From positions 2,852,001 to 2,916,000 of the forward strand of contig NEEC01000010.1 of NCBI GenBank assembly GCA_002189035.1: a stretch of DNA of 64,000 nt. Reading direction: 5' to 3'. The notes under the pieces are model-generated. The model searched no databases and had not been told where the DNA came from. It saw only the letters and a list, made by a program, of their open reading frames with translations. Position 1 is the first letter of the stretch. Every line of letters begins with the position of its first letter. Shown piece after piece: positions 62,450-64,000 of this stretch. This DNA comes from Utricularia gibba (taxonomy: Eukaryota; Plantae; Magnoliophyta). The position numbers and the translations under genes were made by a program.

Positions 62450-64000
62450 ATGGTCGCTGCAGCCGTTGGTGGTCTCACTTGGACTCCCGTGACTCGCTTT
62501 CTTCTTCCCGAGTTTCTGGCTTCGAGATTCTTTGCGTCTTTTCGTCCCCGGAATACCGTCGCGGTGGAGGAGGAATAGCCACCAGAGTCATGTTCTCGTC
62601 GTCTCCGCGAACTGTGTCGGAAGGAGGGAAGATTACAGCTCCCTACGGTTCATGGAAGTCGCCCATCACCGCGGATGTTGCGGCTGTTGCAGATAGGCGC
62701 CTCGGGGGCTTTGCTTCTGACGCTTTAGGTCGCCTGTATATTGCTGAGCCTCGTCCTGCGGAATCTGGGTATTCATATATAATTATCTTGTCTGCAATCC
62801 AAGTGGTGATGATGATACGGCTTGTTTCTGTTGGTTGGGTTGTTGTTTGCAGAACATTTCATTTTTCAGTTGTTTTGGATGCGATAGGCATGCACTTTTT
62901 CTGAAACGATGTATGGGTAAGAGATATGCTTTTTATTTACTTGATTGAAACATGTGGATGAATCAGGAGAATGGCGCTTATTAGGCGAGATGAAAGTGAG
63001 AAGGATGGCCAGATTGACATTACGCCCAAGGATTTTGCTGTCAGGACAACGGCTCAGGAATACGGTGGTGGGGCATTTAGCATTTTTGGCGAATCAGTTG
63101 TATTCTCAAATTACAAGGACCAGAGACTATACAGGATCTGCACTTCATCTAGTGGTGTGTGTGTTTTTTTTTTTTTTTTTTTTGCTGTAGTATCGTGAAT
63201 CTTAAAGTCTTTTGGCCATTCGCTTTTTGTTTGAAATTTTTGAATTAGTTCATGACTTAGAGGTTGCAGTTATTCTTGTCGTATTATTTTTCTGTACTGC
63301 AAAGTTATCTATTACTGATAGCTGCAGGTTCAACTCCTAAGCCATTAACACCGGATTATGGTGGGCCAGTTGTGTCTTACGCTGATGGTGTCTTTGATGC
63401 TCGGTTTAACCGATACCTGACTGTCATGGAAGGTGGATTATCATTTCTAGTATCGGTGATAAAAATATTCCCGCATCCTCATTTTTCATTCACGTTTCCT
63501 CATTTCTTTTTAACAGATCGTCGTGGAGATGCTATTAATTCAATCACAACTATTGTTTCAATTGATCTTTCTAGCAACAATGTGGAAGGTGCATATTCAG
63601 CATGTGGAAGCTTTTCTCTTTATGTTGGTGGCTGCGTATGACTATACATTGCCAAGAATGGGAATTAACGAGTTATTAGTTGATTTATTATCACGTTTTT
63701 TTTCTTATCTAAAAAAATCAGAACCAAGAAAATTAGTTGAAGGCAATGATTTCTATGCTTTTCCCCGGGTTGATCCAAAGGGAGAACGAATAGCCTGGAT
63801 TGAATGGGGACATCCCAATATGCCATGGGACCGATCTGAACTTTGGGTTGGCTACATATCTGAGAAAGGGTATAATATAAGATCTTTTCATTATTTTAGT
63901 ACAAGAAGCTTTTTCTTCTCTCCAACTACTTAATTCCTAGCTTAGATATTTTTTTCCTAGGGAAAATTCATTCTGAATGATGTATGAGGATATGACTTCC
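62450..64000 (+). CDS. S9 family peptidase (dipeptidyl aminopeptidase/acylaminoacyl peptidase-like, At5g36210-type), 3'-partial
   Basis: Motifs TAPYGSWKSPITA, AVRTTAQEYGGGAF, SNYKDQRLY, PLTPD, YADG, GNDFYAFPR, WGHPNMPWD across five exons. The start is either ATG 62450 (needs one added C at ~62508) or ATG ~62590. Confidence 0.88.

Noticed and set aside
1-64000. CRISPR arrays, rRNA or tRNA genes, miRNA precursors
   Set aside because: I saw no repeat-spacer array, rRNA-like block, cloverleaf or recognisable mature miRNA in a long hairpin by eye. A covariance-model scan would be needed to exclude short ncRNAs.

Overview
Gene-dense nuclear DNA of a flowering plant (eudicot-like), with spliceosomal introns throughout. 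No rRNA, tRNA or CRISPR feature was seen. Bases 1-4539 hold the 5' part of a minus-strand Ty1/copia LTR retrotransposon (5' LTR, PBS, gag-pol; it runs off the window start). Sixteen protein-coding genes follow, in order: LHY/CCA1 clock MYB (+), PAP15-type purple acid phosphatase (-), trihelix TF (-), FBH-type bHLH (+), LRR-VII pseudokinase receptor (+), Trithorax ATX1/2 (-), PIGO/GPI13 (-), DUF547 protein (-), WIP6/DOT5 zinc finger (-), pectin acetylesterase-like (-), CFL1-like WW protein (-), CUC3 NAC (-), GH17 beta-1,3-glucanase (+), LHT-like amino-acid transporter (-), MIZ1/DUF617 (-) and a partial S9 peptidase (+). About 11 frameshifts, all restorable by adding 1-2 nt and mostly in G/C homopolymers, look like sequencing or assembly error rather than pseudogenisation. 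Most notable observations: (1) the copia element has an 18-nt tRNA-Trp primer site, a 139-bp LTR and no in-frame stop codons; (2) the ATX1/2 homologue appears to lack the whole FYRN/FYRC (DAST) domain; (3) two introns lie at positions I do not recall in these families (MIZ1-like, flanked by an AGGT duplication; GH17 catalytic domain); (4) the pectin acetylesterase has lost both cysteines flanking its catalytic Ser and His; (5) a uORF ends exactly at the LHY start codon whether or not the leader intron is spliced. Family comparisons rest on recalled consensus sequences, not database searches.
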